Assembly (NCBI RefSeq): GCF_006345805.1
Contig: NC_043002.1
Span: 47,802,001-47,866,000 of the forward strand
From: Octopus sinensis
Taxonomy: Eukaryota
Length of the DNA stretch: 64,000 nt
Direction: 5' to 3'
The notes under the pieces were generated by a model. That model was not told where the DNA came from. It worked only from the letters and a program-made list of their open reading frames with translations, and searched no databases. Positions within the stretch are counted from its first letter, which is position 1; every line of letters starts with the position of its first letter. The position numbers and the translations under genes are program-made. Shown here piece by piece: positions 12,044 to 25,015 of the stretch.

Positions 12044-12921
12044 CATATATAAATATGTGTGTGTGTGTGCATACTTAGGTATTTATAATTATTTGAATTT
12101 TATTTACTTCACAGCCATTCCAAGTGTTTGTTCTCTTATGAATCATTATTTTCTTGTTACCTGAACAATAATAAGGAACATAAGAAACTCAGAGAAATAG
12201 AGTAAATTCACATGGCAAAATATTTAAAAAAACCCACTACTATGATTATACATACAAACATAAATAATGCATGATGTTCATATGTCCAGATATTTATACA
12301 TAAACACATAACATCATATCATATCATATCTTTCATATCATCATTTCACAATTGCTTTTCTATACTGGCATGGATGGATTGAGTCATCGTAGTCAAAGTC
12401 AGTCCAGTGTATTGAGTACAGTTTATCATAGCACATGCACCAAAGATGTCATTATATCCTAGGTAGGACTAAAAAGAATTCTTTCTACTCTACATTGCCT
12501 CTGCTCATTTAAAAGCAGTATGATCCAGGGAATGAATGACAGAAAGAGAGAGGTGGGGGGGGAGAGGTAAAGAGAAAAAGAGCAAGGAGGAGAAAAGAGA
12601 GAGAACCAAGTTAGAAAAAAAAGAGAATGTGACTGGGAGTAATGGAATGATAGGAGTGAGAAGGTAAAAGAAATAGGGGTAATGGAAGCAAGAAGTTAAA
12701 TAGAAAGACATGACTGGTATAAAAGGACAAGAGAACAATAAGAGAGAAACAATGATAGAAAGTGGAGTAGTGAAAAGAAAGAACAATGAGGAGAGAATGA
12801 TGTATTGTTAATAATAAGTATTATTATTATTATTGTTAATAATAATAATAAAGAAGGAAGTAATGTGAGAGAGTGTGGTGGGTAGCAATAATGATAATGG
12901 TGTGTGAGAAAGAGACAGAGT

Positions 12922-12959
<38 letters not shown>

Positions 12960-13689
12960 GTGAGTGATAACTATAAAGAATGTTAATGATTAAGGGAGAT
13001 TGAATAGTGATAGTTCTAGTGCTCTCACTCTCGGTAAACAGGTGGCATGATGGAAGAGAGATAGAGTGATAAAGAATGATGGTAGGGAGATGAACGTGGT
13101 GAGACACATGCCACTCTTTGTCACACTGGTAGCAGTAACAAGGCACAGTGATAAGAGAAAAGGATGAGTGATAAATGAGAAGATATGAAGCGAATATGTG
13201 TGTAGAGGGAGACAATAGATAGCGCTTAACATGAATATAATGGATGAGAGACTCAAATCACCACCACCAGGTTTATGCTTGGTTTGCTGTACTTGCTTGA
13301 GTGGGCAGATCTTGTCCACAACTGTGCATGCACTCACAAAACACACACACAAAGAACCACATGTCTAGTTAACGTGTGTAATGTATTATTTTTTTTTTAT
13401 CATAAAACTATAAAGCCATGTCATATTCATTCACAATAATTGGTTTATACAAACTTTTACATTACATCTTGTTGAAAGCTACAAATACTTTATATAACTG
13501 TTTAGCAATTTCATTACATAAACTTAAACTTCTAGAATTTATTTGTTCTAGAGTTGCAGAACATAGTTTTTACCATGGCTCACTAGTATATAAAGACAAA
13601 GCCAGTGGGGAACTACATGTCTCTTGATACTATGTATAACACACAAACACACACACATACACACATACAATTTTAAGTTTATCATTGAA

Positions 13690-14240
13690 AGCAATATTAT
13701 GTAGAACATTAGAGGCCCATGGGAACTGCTATATGCTGATGATAGTAGAATCTGTAACAGAACTAGAATAGAAATTCTGGAAGTGGAAACAAAACAAGGA
13801 ATCAAAAGGTTTTAAAGTAAACATACCCAAGATCAAGGTCCAAGTAAGCAAGAAATCAGACAGGACCTTATTCACTTCAGGTAAATAAACCTGATCGATA
13901 TGTAGGAATGGTGTAGGTAGGAATTCCATTCAGTGTACGTAGTGTAAGCTATGGACACACAAGAGGTGCAGTGAAATAGTAGGAAATTTAATAGAGAAAG
14001 CAGTGTTTGTATATGGAAGATATACAGAAGTCATAAAGACTAAGGTGATACAAGAAACTGATCTCCTCAAATGCCTCAGAGGCTCTCTAGAGGTAGTAGA
14101 TAATTTCTGTCATCTAGGTGATCAAATTAGCATTGGAGGAGGATGTACCTAAAGTGTAATTGTTAGAATAAGAATAAGAAGGAGAAACTTCTGAGAGTTT
14201 TTACCCCTGTTGGCTACCAAAGGTCTTTTTCTCTCTCTAA
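13690..14240 (+). mobile_element. Old RTE LINE fragment (RT end through PHD-like region)
   Basis: PWELLYADD motif (ccatgggaactgctatatgctgatgat), then degenerate homology to 34100-34620. Confidence 0.8.
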
Positions 14241-14418
14241 GTATATTCAAGATCTGCCCACCACAGCAGAATTGATATAACCAAACCACCTTGGTAATGC
14301 ATGCCCAAGAAGAGATCTGCTTCGTCAACCTTCTCTGCCACCCACATTTCATTCCCTTATACCCATCACTTCCTCTGTCATCTGAGAGTAGAATAGGCAT
14401 ATATTATATCTATTGATG

Positions 14419-14420
<2 letters not shown>

Positions 14421-14512
<92 letters not shown>
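14421..14512. repeat. (GA)n microsatellite
   Basis: Direct reading. Confidence 0.95.
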
Positions 14513-14514
<2 letters not shown>

Positions 14515-14949
14515 GTGATAGAAAGTTAGAGTGTGTTACAAGAAAGAGGCCAGAAACAAGTGTGAGATACTTGATTTCCTAGTCAGGGGAAAAACATGGA
14601 GAAAGAGTGACCAAGGGAGAGAGAGAGAGTAGGAAACAGCAAAAGTGTAAGAGAGAGCAGGAGAAATATGGTGTAATGCTAGTGTATACTCACAAGTAAC
14701 AAGGATCTAAGCATAGAACCTGGGTAGAAAATCAAGGTGGGGTGGGGGTGGGGGAGCAGCAATACAGTGAGCAGGGCAGTGAAGACTAGAAAGGAGATTG
14801 GAAAACAATCATAGTTTATGAAGAGGAAATGTGAGGAAGAGAAGGATGCAGCTTAGAAGAGGAGAGGTAGTTTGGTTTCTTGGAGTAGAGTGGGTGAAAA
14901 GTGTGTTGTTATATGTGGGTGGGACACAACTCTTCTAGCACTTAGTTTT

Positions 14950-15480
14950 GTGGACAGGTCTTATCTAGAACCTGATATCACCAAACATCTTGGTCCATTG
15001 TCATTTCCTCCATGAATCCCAACATCCTAAGATCGTTCGTCACTCATGTCTTCCTGGTCTCCCTCTTCCACTTTCAATGACAGGCACTTCTGTATGCAGT
15101 GTCTTCACTCATGCTTTGTCCAAACCAAAGCATTCTTCTCTCCTGCCTAACTTTTCTCTCAACACAATTGTGCTTTGTTGGTCATGCACACTGATGTTGC
15201 AAATCCAACAGAGTATACTACCTTCATTCCTCTCCAGTTTACGTTCGTCCTCTGCAGTCAGAGCCTATGTCTCAACATAGCTGTTCTCACACAAGCATCA
15301 CACAATCTACCTTTCACTCTGAGAGAGAGAGAGAGAAAGAGAGAAACCTTTTGCTGCCAACAGAGGTAGTAGTTCTCTGAACTTCCTCAATACTATTATT
15401 CTAGAAACAATACTTTCAGAGCATCCTCTACCGTTACTAATTTGGCCACCTAAATAGCAGAAATTATCTACTACCTCAAG
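14950..15480 (-). mobile_element. Old RTE LINE C-terminal fragment
   Basis: SLEVVDNFCYLGGQISNGRGCSESIVSRI..KFRELLPLLAAKG on the minus strand. Confidence 0.8.
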
Positions 15481-15797
15481 AGAGCCTCCTTTGTCATATA
15501 TGTGCATTAATGATGGAAACAAACTAATTTCCAATTACAGAAAATATCAATATCGTAATTCAAGCATTGATGTCTTAAGTAACTTGCCTTGCAATCACGT
15601 GATTTCAGGTTCCGTTCTGCAGTGCAGCACCTTAGGCAAATGTCTTCTATAATAACCTTAGGCCAACCAATGTATTGTGAGTGAATTCGGCTGACAGAAA
15701 TTGTGTGGCAGCTTGTCTCTCTCTCTCTCTCTCTTTCTCACACACACGCATGTATATATATATATATTATATATATTATATATATTATATATAATAT

Positions 15798-15854
<57 letters not shown>

Positions 15855-17074
15855 ACATAGGCTAACAAACTTTTCCTAACCAGAAAGTAAATTGTTATAA
15901 ACCTATTAGGAATTAAATACAGTTGTATGACAAGATTCCAAAGTTGTCACCATAACATATCTATATTGTGACAAAGATCAAGAATACAGTATAAATTAAC
16001 GGAACCTTGCATTACTTACAATTCCAGACAAAATTCTTCTTAAAGTGTTATTTAATAGGATTATTTCTCATCTTGCTGGCCATGATCAATATACACAAGT
16101 TATGATCATTACTTATATATAGCATCTGATGAATGAAGAGTTTAACTCAGTAAATCTTAAAAGCCTTCACTCTTCTAATGAAAATGTAGTATTGTAGCTG
16201 ATGTTTAGAATTATATTCTCTTTTCATGTGATAATAATAACCTATGTTGATAAAGGCAAATGAAAATCCGCCAGGTTTTCCCTAAGATTAATACAAAGTA
16301 AAGATATGTTACTTCTACTGATATTTGTCCTTTTAGTGGAGGATATCTCTAGGTCACCTCTGGGGCCGCCAACCTAGAATGAATCTATAATACTACTTTA
16401 TTTGATATTGCATCTAGCTAAATCTGCATAAATGTTGAATATATATGTCTTTGGTAAGTCTGCCCCAACACAATAATAAACTTGAAAAGCTGTATCTTTG
16501 GGATTCAAAAGAAAGGTTAGTGGTGTATTTGATCTTCTCAAAGCATGTGCAATCAAAATTAATCTTTCTAAACATAAAATGGTAACAGCTGACAAATGTC
16601 TTTGTTCTTGCAATTAAATGTGCATTATTTATTCATTCTGAAAAATGAACTCCAAGAGAAAATCATAAGCAGCAGTGATGTCCAGTATTTTTATCTTCTG
16701 CTAGAAATTCTTTTATTGTCTAGGCCACATGACAATAGAACAGAACTGTTTCAATGAAACCTTTGAATAGTAGCATTTTATTTCAATCACTGGCTAGACA
16801 TTTTCAAATACACTAAAGTTTGTGTCCTGTTATTCATGCAAAATGAGATGTTTATCTAAAACCATTTTGACTGTCTACCATACCATCTGAAAGATAATAA
16901 AAATTGGTATACATATCTGCCTATATATATGTGTATGTGTCTGTCTGTCTGTCTGTGTACACACACACACAAGTGCGTGCATGTGTGTGTATGTATTATG
17001 TTTTTCAATTTTTTGATATTTTGTCCAGCTTTGCAGATGTTTCACATCTTGTCAGTTTTCCTTGTGTTGAGAAG

Positions 17075-17410
17075 CATGTTATTATTAGCTCAGTAGTTAG
17101 AGCATCAGACTCACAATCAAGAGGTCTTGAGTTTGACTCCCGGCCAGGGTGTATGTTGTGTTCTTGAGCAAGAAAACTTTATTTCGTGTTGTTCCAAATC
17201 ACTCATCTGTAGAAATGTGTTGCGACATCACTGGTCCCAAGCTGTATCAGTCTTTGCCTTTCTCTTAGATAATATCGATGGCATGGAGAGGGGAGGTTGG
17301 TATGCTGGTTTTCCATAAACAACTTTGCCTGGATTTGTGCCTTGGAGGGGGAACTTTCTAGGTGCAATCTCATGGTCATTCATGACTGAAGAAGGTCTTT
17401 ACCCTATTTC
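17075..17410 (+). mobile_element. tRNA-headed SINE (second family)
   Basis: Head tagctcagtagttagagcatcagactcacaatcaagaggtcttgagtttgactccc, then gtgttcttgagcaag and the 3' end ctaggtgcaatctcatggtcattcatgact. Its reverse complement occurs at about 40555-40785. Confidence 0.75.
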
Positions 17411-17734
17411 TCAAAGTCTAATACAGTAGGTTTTCTGGCAAGAAATCTACAGGATAGTCTTCTTCTGGTAGAGTATTAATATACTTTCAGAAGTATATGA
17501 ACGGTGCAATCCATGACGACTGTGAAGTAGAAAGATGCAATTTTGTGTCTTCTCTATATATGTCTGACTCTCTCTTAAATTCAAGGATATTACTTAAGAA
17601 ATATATGAAAATATGCATTGGTGCTTGTATAAATAGACAAAATGTTGCTAATAAATGAATTTAATTTTTCATAAGGACTTAGGATATCTTGAATTGCTGT
17701 CCAGCTCTACCTGAACAATACACATTAAAAGATG

Positions 17735-18265
17735 ATCCATTCTACTATAGGCACAAGATCTGAAATTTGGGGGAGGGGACTAGTCAATTACATTGTTCCC
17801 AGTGTTTCACTAGTTCTTAATTTATCAATCCTGAAAGGATGAACGGCCAAGTTGAACTCAGAATGGTTTGGCAGACGAAATACTGCTAAGCATTCACCTG
17901 GTGTGTTAACAATTCTTATTTCTTTTACTGCTCACAAGGGGCTAAACACAGAGGGGACAAACAAGGACAGACAAACGGATTAAGTTGATTATATCAACAC
18001 CAGTGCGTAACTGGTACTTATTTAATTGACCCTGAAAGGATGAAAGGCAAAGTCGACCTCGGCCGAATTTGAACTCAGAACGTAGCACAGATGAAATATT
18101 GCTAAGCATTTCACCCGGCATGCTAACGTTTCTGCCAGCTAGCCGTCTTTTAAAAGATGATAGGCAAAGTTGACCTTGGCAGAATTCGAACTCAGAACAT
18201 AAGGACAGGTAAAATGTTGCTAAGCATTTTTCCAGCATGCTGATGATTCTGCCAGCTCACTACCT
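17735..18265 (-). mobile_element. Cluster of three tandem heads/fragments of a third SINE family
   Basis: Repeated gagctggcagaa..ttagcatgc..gaaatgcttagc..gttctgagttcaaatt..gactttgcctttcatcc block at about 17850, 18030-18140 and 18150-18260. The CCTTTCATCCTTTC..GGTC.ATAAA.AAGTACCAG segment resembles a shared SINE central domain (inference). Confidence 0.75.
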
Positions 18266-18733
18266 TACACATTGAAAGATAATGAAAAGTAACAGATTAA
18301 CTGAACTAATAGAGCTAAAACTGTTATATACATTAATTGAAATTTTGGTAAAAGTTTATCTGAGTCATTGATATAGAGGAACACAATATCATTTGATAAG
18401 ACTCAGATTGCTACAGGGCCATTTGACTTTGGTAATACAGTATCATCACACACTACATTAAATGCTACATTAAGAATTCCATTAGGTTGTGACATAACAG
18501 CAAATGCATTTGAATTTGAAAATGTTTTATACCTGCTCTACAACAACCACAAAGTCTTCATGTGGAAACTGTGCATGCATACCATTTCCAACATAATTTT
18601 ATGTATCTACATAACACTTTAATAAAAAAAAATACTAAAAAATAACATCAGATATACATGGAGAATGTAAGCCTAATTTAACCACATTAAAATGAAATAA
18701 AATCTAAAATAGAAGGGAACCCCAATTATAAAT

Positions 18734-18734
<1 letters not shown>

Positions 18735-18783
<49 letters not shown>

Positions 18784-18942
18784 GATATATATATATAAAT
18801 ATACATGTAAAGTATATATATACATACATATATATATATATACACATAAACATACAAATACATATACACATATATAACATATATATACATATATATACAC
18901 ATATATACATATATATATATACACATATATACATATATATAT

Positions 18943-18988
<46 letters not shown>

Positions 18989-19080
18989 ATATATATATAC
19001 AGATATATATATACACACACATATATATATATATACACACATATACAATATATATATACATATATATATATACATATATA
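18735..19080. repeat. Compound (CA)n/(TA)n microsatellite
   Basis: Direct reading. It accounts for several spurious YI-rich ORFs. Confidence 0.95.
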
Positions 19081-21937
19081 TCATCATCATCATCATCATC
19101 ATCATTTAACGTCCGCTTTCCATGCTAGCATGGGTTGGACGGTTCAACTGGGGTCTGGGGAGCCCGAAGGCTGCACCAGGCCAGTCAGATCTGGCAGTGT
19201 TTCTACAGCTGGATGCCCTTCCTAACGCCAACCACTCTGAGAGTGTAGTGGGTGATTTTATGTGCCACCGACACAGGTGCCAGACGAGGCTGGTGAACGG
19301 CCACGCTCGGATGGTGTTTTTATGTGCCACCGACACAGGTGCCAGACGAGGCTGGCGAACAGCCACGCTCGGATGGTGTTTTTATGTGCCACCGACACAG
19401 GTGCCAGACGAGGCTGACGAACGGCCACGATCGGATGGTGTTTCTTACGTGCCCACAGCACGGAGGCCAGTCGATGCGGTACTGGCTACGGCCACGTTCG
19501 GATGGTCTTCTTGTGTGCCACCGGCACTGGTACCACAAAGATACAAATTCCATTGATGTTCATCTATTTTGATTTGATTTGATTTTGATTTTCACTTGCC
19601 TCAACAGGTCTTCACAAGTGTCACAAGAAGGAAGGAAGGTATGCACAGGTGAACTGACAACGTCCCAGGTAGGGGCCACGGGTTATGGCCTGACTAGTCT
19701 TGCCGGGTCTTCGGATGATGTTTTTATGTGTCTCCGACACAGGTGCCAGATGGATGGTGTTTGTTACGTGCCCACAGCACGGAGGCCAGTCGATACGGTA
19801 CTGGCTACGGCCACGTTCGGATGGTCTTCTTGTGTGCCACCGGCACTGGTACCACAAAGATACAAATTCCATTGATGTTCATCTATTTTGATTTGATTTG
19901 ATTTGATTTGATCACTTGTCTCAACAGGTCTTCACAAGTGTCACAAGAAGGAAGGTATGCACAGGTGGACTGACTACGTCCCAGGTAGAGGCCACGGGTT
20001 ATGGCCTGACTAGTCTTGCCGGGTCTTCGGATGGTGTTTTTATGTGCCACCGACACAGGTGCCAGATGAGGCTGGCGAATGGCCACGATCGGATGGTGTT
20101 TGTTATGAGCCCACAGCACAGAGGCCAGTCGATGCGGTACTGGCTACGGCCATGTTCGGATGGTTATCTTGTGTGCCACCGGCCCTGGTACCACAAAGAT
20201 ACAAATTCCATTGATGTTCATCTATTTTGATTTGTTTTGATTTGATCACTTGCCTCAACAGGTCTTCACAAGTGTCACAAGAAGGAAGGTATGCACAGGC
20301 GGACTGACTACGTCCCAGGTAGGGGCCACAGGTTATGGCCTGACTAGTCTTGCCGGGTCTTCAGATGGTGTTTTTATGTGCCACCGACACAGGTGCCTGA
20401 TGAGGCTGGCGAACGGACATGATCGAATGGTGTTTGTTACGTGCCCACAGCACGGAGGCCAGTCGATGCGGTACTGGCTACGGCCACGTTCGGATGGTTT
20501 TCTTGTGTGCCACCGGCACTGGTACCACAAAGATACAAATCCCATTGATGTTCATCTATTTTATTTTGATTTTCACTTTCACTTGCCTCAAAAGGTCTTC
20601 ACAAGTGTCACAAGAAGGAAGGTATGCACAGGTGGACTGACTACGTCCTAGGTTGGGGCCACGGATTATGGCCTGACTAGTCTTGCCGGGTCTTCGGATG
20701 GTGTTTTTATGTGCCACCGACACAGGTGCCTAGTCTTGCCGGGTCTTCGGATGGTGTTTTTATGTGCCACCGACACAGGTGCCGGATGAGGCTGGCGAAC
20801 GGCCACGATCGGATGGTGTTTGTTACGTGCCCACAGCACAGAGGCCAGTTGATGCAGTACTGGCTACGGCCACGTTCGGATGGTTTTCTTGTGTGCCACC
20901 GGCACTGGTACCACAAAGATACAAATTCCATTGATATTCATCTATTTCGATTTGTTTTGATTTCTTTGATTTTGATTTTCACTTGCCTCAACAGGTCTTC
21001 ACAAGTGTCACAAGAAGGGAGGTATGCACAGGTGAACTGACTACGTCCCAGGTAGGGGCCACGGGTTATGGCCTGACTAGTCTTGCCGGGTCTTCGGATG
21101 GTGTCTTTATGTGCCACCGACACAGGTGCCAGATGAGGCTGGCGAGCGGCCACGATCAGATGGTGTTTGCTATGTGCCCACAGCACGGAGGCCAGTCGAT
21201 GCGGTACTGGCTACGGCCACGTTCGGATGGTTTTCTTGTGTGCCACCGGCACTGGTAACAAAGATACAAATTCCATTGATGATCATCTATTTTATTTTGA
21301 TTTTCACTTTCACTTGCCTCAACAGGTCTTCACAAGTGTCACAAGAAGGAAGATATGCACAGGTGGACTGACTACGTCCCAGGTAGGGGCCACGGGTTAT
21401 GGCCTGACTACTCTTGCCGGGTCTTCTCACGCACAGCATACTTCCATAGTCTCGGTCTCTAGTCATTTCCTTGGTGAGACCTAAAGTTCGAAGGTCGTGC
21501 TTCACCACCTCGTCCCAGGTTTTCCTGGGTCTACCTCTTCCACAGGTTCCCTCAACTGCTAGGGTGTAGCACTTTTGCACACAACTATCTACAGCCATTC
21601 TCGTCACATGACCATACCAGCGCAGCCGTCTCTCTTGCACACCACAATTGACGCTTCTTAGGTTCAACTTTTCTCTCAAGGTACTTACACTCTGACGCTT
21701 ATGAACACTGACATTACACATCCATCGGAGCATACTGGCTTCATTTCTTGCAAGCTTACGCATATCCTCAGCAGTCACGGCCCATGTTTCACTACCATGT
21801 AGCATGGCTGTACGTACACATGCATCATACAGTCTGCCTTTTACTCTGAGCGAGAGGCCTTTTGTCACCAGCAGGGGTAAGAGCTCTCTAAACTTTGCCC
21901 AAGCTATTCTTACTCTAGCAGTTACACTTTCAGCACA
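19081..21937 (-). mobile_element. 5'-truncated RTE LINE with an expanded 3' UTR and (ATG)n tail
   Basis: ORF 21287-21868 gives TKGLSLRVKGRLYDACVRTAMLHGSETWAVTAEDMRKLARNEASMLRWMC...RRLRWYGHV...GRGRPRKTW. The 3' UTR runs down to the (CAT)n at 19081-19103 and has the same architecture as the 3' end of 33680-35545 and 36478-36780. Confidence 0.92.
19593..21425 (-). repeat. Tandem array of a roughly 330-bp RTE 3'-UTR block (5 complete periods, 6 copies of the leading segment)
   Basis: cacttgcctcaacaggtcttcacaagtg recurs at 19593, 19913, 20247, 20580, 20980 and 21311 (spacings 320, 334, 333, 400, 331). Confidence 0.95.
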
Positions 21938-22263
21938 CTGCTAGAGTATTAATATGTAATCTTTCATCTTTTATCTTAACTCCATCCTTTCCTTCCCTCT
22001 CCTCTCATTCATTCCTCTTTACCATCATCCCCCCCCCACTCTTCCATCAGTCTTGTAAGAACTGAAAAATGTCATGAACACTGGCCTTAACTCCTGAACG
22101 AGATTGACCTGGATGATGGACACAGCACAGCAATGACACATAATGGAGAGCTTTCAGTGACTTTGAAAAATTAAAAACAACAGTTCAGTGATCTGTCATG
22201 TCAAGTGGCTGCTCATATAAAAGTTGTTGCCATTTGACCCCTGGTCAGTCCTGATTGAATATA

Positions 22264-22745
22264 TTGGGTCCCATATATAATGCGGTATTTTTATTTGCAT
22301 GAACTACAAGTTGGGGGGGAACAAGATAAACTACCTGCGTCAACTTGCTATAATTTTACCTTCTCTTTATTCTTAGTGCAAGTTTTAAAGAGTGCAGTTC
22401 GATTTAAGAGTTATTTTTTCAAAGCTATAATGGAAGTAATAAAGGAGTATATTCAGCATATTTTGCTTTATGAGTTCAATAAAGGCAACAACACAACAGA
22501 AAGTGTGAGGAATATTAATGCAGTATATGGGGATCAGACAATAGGTGTAAGCCAGTGTCAACGGTGGTTCCAGAAACTACAGCCTAGAAGATGAGCCTCA
22601 TCCTGGAAGATCTGTAGAATTTGACAAGGACAAACCCTGGTGGAACAAAATCCCATTGTAACTGTTGAGGAACTAGTATAGAAGCTTAGGTTTAATCATT
22701 CAACCATTCACCGACACTTGCATGCCATCGGAAAAGTCAGCAAAT
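22264..22745 (+). mobile_element. 5' portion of a mariner (family of 1717-3004), truncated by a (TA)n tract
   Basis: TIR ttgggtc..ccatatataatgcgg after TA. Encodes MEVIKEYIQHILLYEFNKGNNTTESVRNINAVYGDQTIGVSQCQRWFQK and ends at IGKVSK. Confidence 0.9.
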
Positions 22746-22759
22746 ATACATATTATATA

Positions 22760-22813
<54 letters not shown>

Positions 22814-23200
22814 CATATATATACACATATCTACAATATATATATACATACATGTATATACACACATATATATGCATACGTATATATACATATAGATACA
22901 TGTATGCATACATATATACATATTGATACATGTATGCATAAATATATATGTATAGATACATGAATGCACATATATATATATATATATATATAAACATATG
23001 TTTACATTTCTTTTTTCAGTCATTTGACTGTGGCCATGCTAGAGCACTGCCTTTAGTTGAATATATCGACCCCAGGAGCTATTCTTTGTAAGCCTAGTAC
23101 TTATTCTATTAGTCTCTTTTGCCGAACCACTAGTTTATAGGGATGTTAACCAGACTATTGCAGTACCATGTCCCCATTTTATAAATATATACATATATAT

Positions 23201-23231
<31 letters not shown>

Positions 23232-23600
23232 CAGCATCGACTTACTGGCACTGCATTAGCTTACTGGCATTTGTGCTGGTGACATGTGAATAAAACATTC
23301 GAGCGAGGTCATTGTCAGTGCTGCTGGACTGGCTCCTGTGCAGATGGCACATAAAATTTACCATTTGAGCGTGGCCATTGCCTTTACACCCACTGACTGG
23401 CCCTCATGCTGGTGGCAAGTAAAAGAACTCATTACACTCTTAGTGTGGTTGGCATTAGGAAGGGCATCCAGCTGTAGAAACTCTACCAGATCAAATTGGA
23501 GTCTGGTGCAGCCATTTGATTCGCCAGACCTTAGTCAAATAATCCAACCCATGCTAGCATGGAAAGCAGACATTAAACAATAATGATGATAATGATGCTG
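23232..23600 (+). mobile_element. Isolated RTE 3'-UTR/tail fragment
   Basis: ggcattaggaagggcatccagctgtagaaac ... ccaacccatgctagcatggaaagcagacattaaac followed by a (GAT)-like tail. Confidence 0.8.
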
Positions 23601-23739
23601 ATGACATATATAAATATATGCATATATATATAGATATACACACAAATATACATATATATGTATGCATATATATACATATATATATATGCGTGTACACATA
23701 TATATGTGTATATATGTCTATATATATATATGTTTATGA

Positions 23740-23771
<32 letters not shown>

Positions 23772-23801
23772 ATATGTGTATGTATGTTCATGTGTACAGG
23801 A

Positions 23802-23849
<48 letters not shown>

Positions 23850-23989
23850 TTAAGGAATAAGAAAAAATTGGAGAAGAAACTAATAAAATATATCTCCGAC
23901 ACCAGTTTTGATTCAGTTATCTTTAGAGGAGTATGAGTAATTTATAAAATTTAAATAATTATGAGATGAATGTTGGCAGATATAGCAAA

Positions 23990-24086
23990 GATATAGCAAT
24001 ACATATATACACATAAATATAGATAAATACATGTAAATACATATGTATATATACGTGTATATATATATATATATATGTATACACAT

Positions 24087-24155
<69 letters not shown>

Positions 24156-24428
24156 CATATATATATATATGCATGCATATATATATATATATATATACAC
24201 ATATATATATATACATATATATATGCATATATATATATATATACACATATATATATATACATATATATACACACATATATATATATATACATATATATAT
24301 AAACATACATATATATAAACATACATATATATATAAGCATACATATATATATATATAAACATACATATATATATAAACATACATATATATATATATATAT
24401 AAACATACATATATATATATAAACATAC

Positions 24429-24467
<39 letters not shown>

Positions 24468-24961
24468 TATATATATACACATGTTCATATATATATACAT
24501 ATACATGCATATATACGTGCATAGATACAAACATATGTATATACAGGCATAAATATATATACATATATATAAACATATATATATAAATATATATATATAC
24601 ATATGTAAATACATATATATATAAACATATATATATATACATATATGCATACATACATATATATATTTATGCATAAGCATATATATATATACACATATAG
24701 ACACACATATGTATATGAATATACATATATATATATATATATATATTTATGCATGTGTATATATGCATATATATATATACACATATATACATAGATATAT
24801 ATTTATATACATATATATACATATATATATACATACATATATATTTATATACATATATATACATATATATATACATACATATATATTTATATACATATAT
24901 TTGCACATATATATATACATATATGTATACATATAAACATATATATATGCATATTTATATA

Positions 24962-25001
<40 letters not shown>

Positions 25002-25015
25002 TGTATGTATGTATA
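23990..25015. repeat. About 1-kb compound (TA)/(CA) microsatellite with higher-order units
   Basis: Recurring acatatatatatataaacat-type units (24290-24430) and roughly 30-bp units atatatttatatacatatatacatatatat (24800-24900). Confidence 0.9.

Noticed and set aside
19258-21425. CRISPR-like appearance of regularly spaced repeats
   Set aside because: The intervening sequences are themselves repeated (no unique spacers), there are no cas genes, and the context is a eukaryotic LINE.
19122-21484. Overlapping 60-140 aa ORFs in the tandem array
   Set aside because: They are by-products of GC-rich repeated 3'-UTR sequence; frames and stops differ between units.
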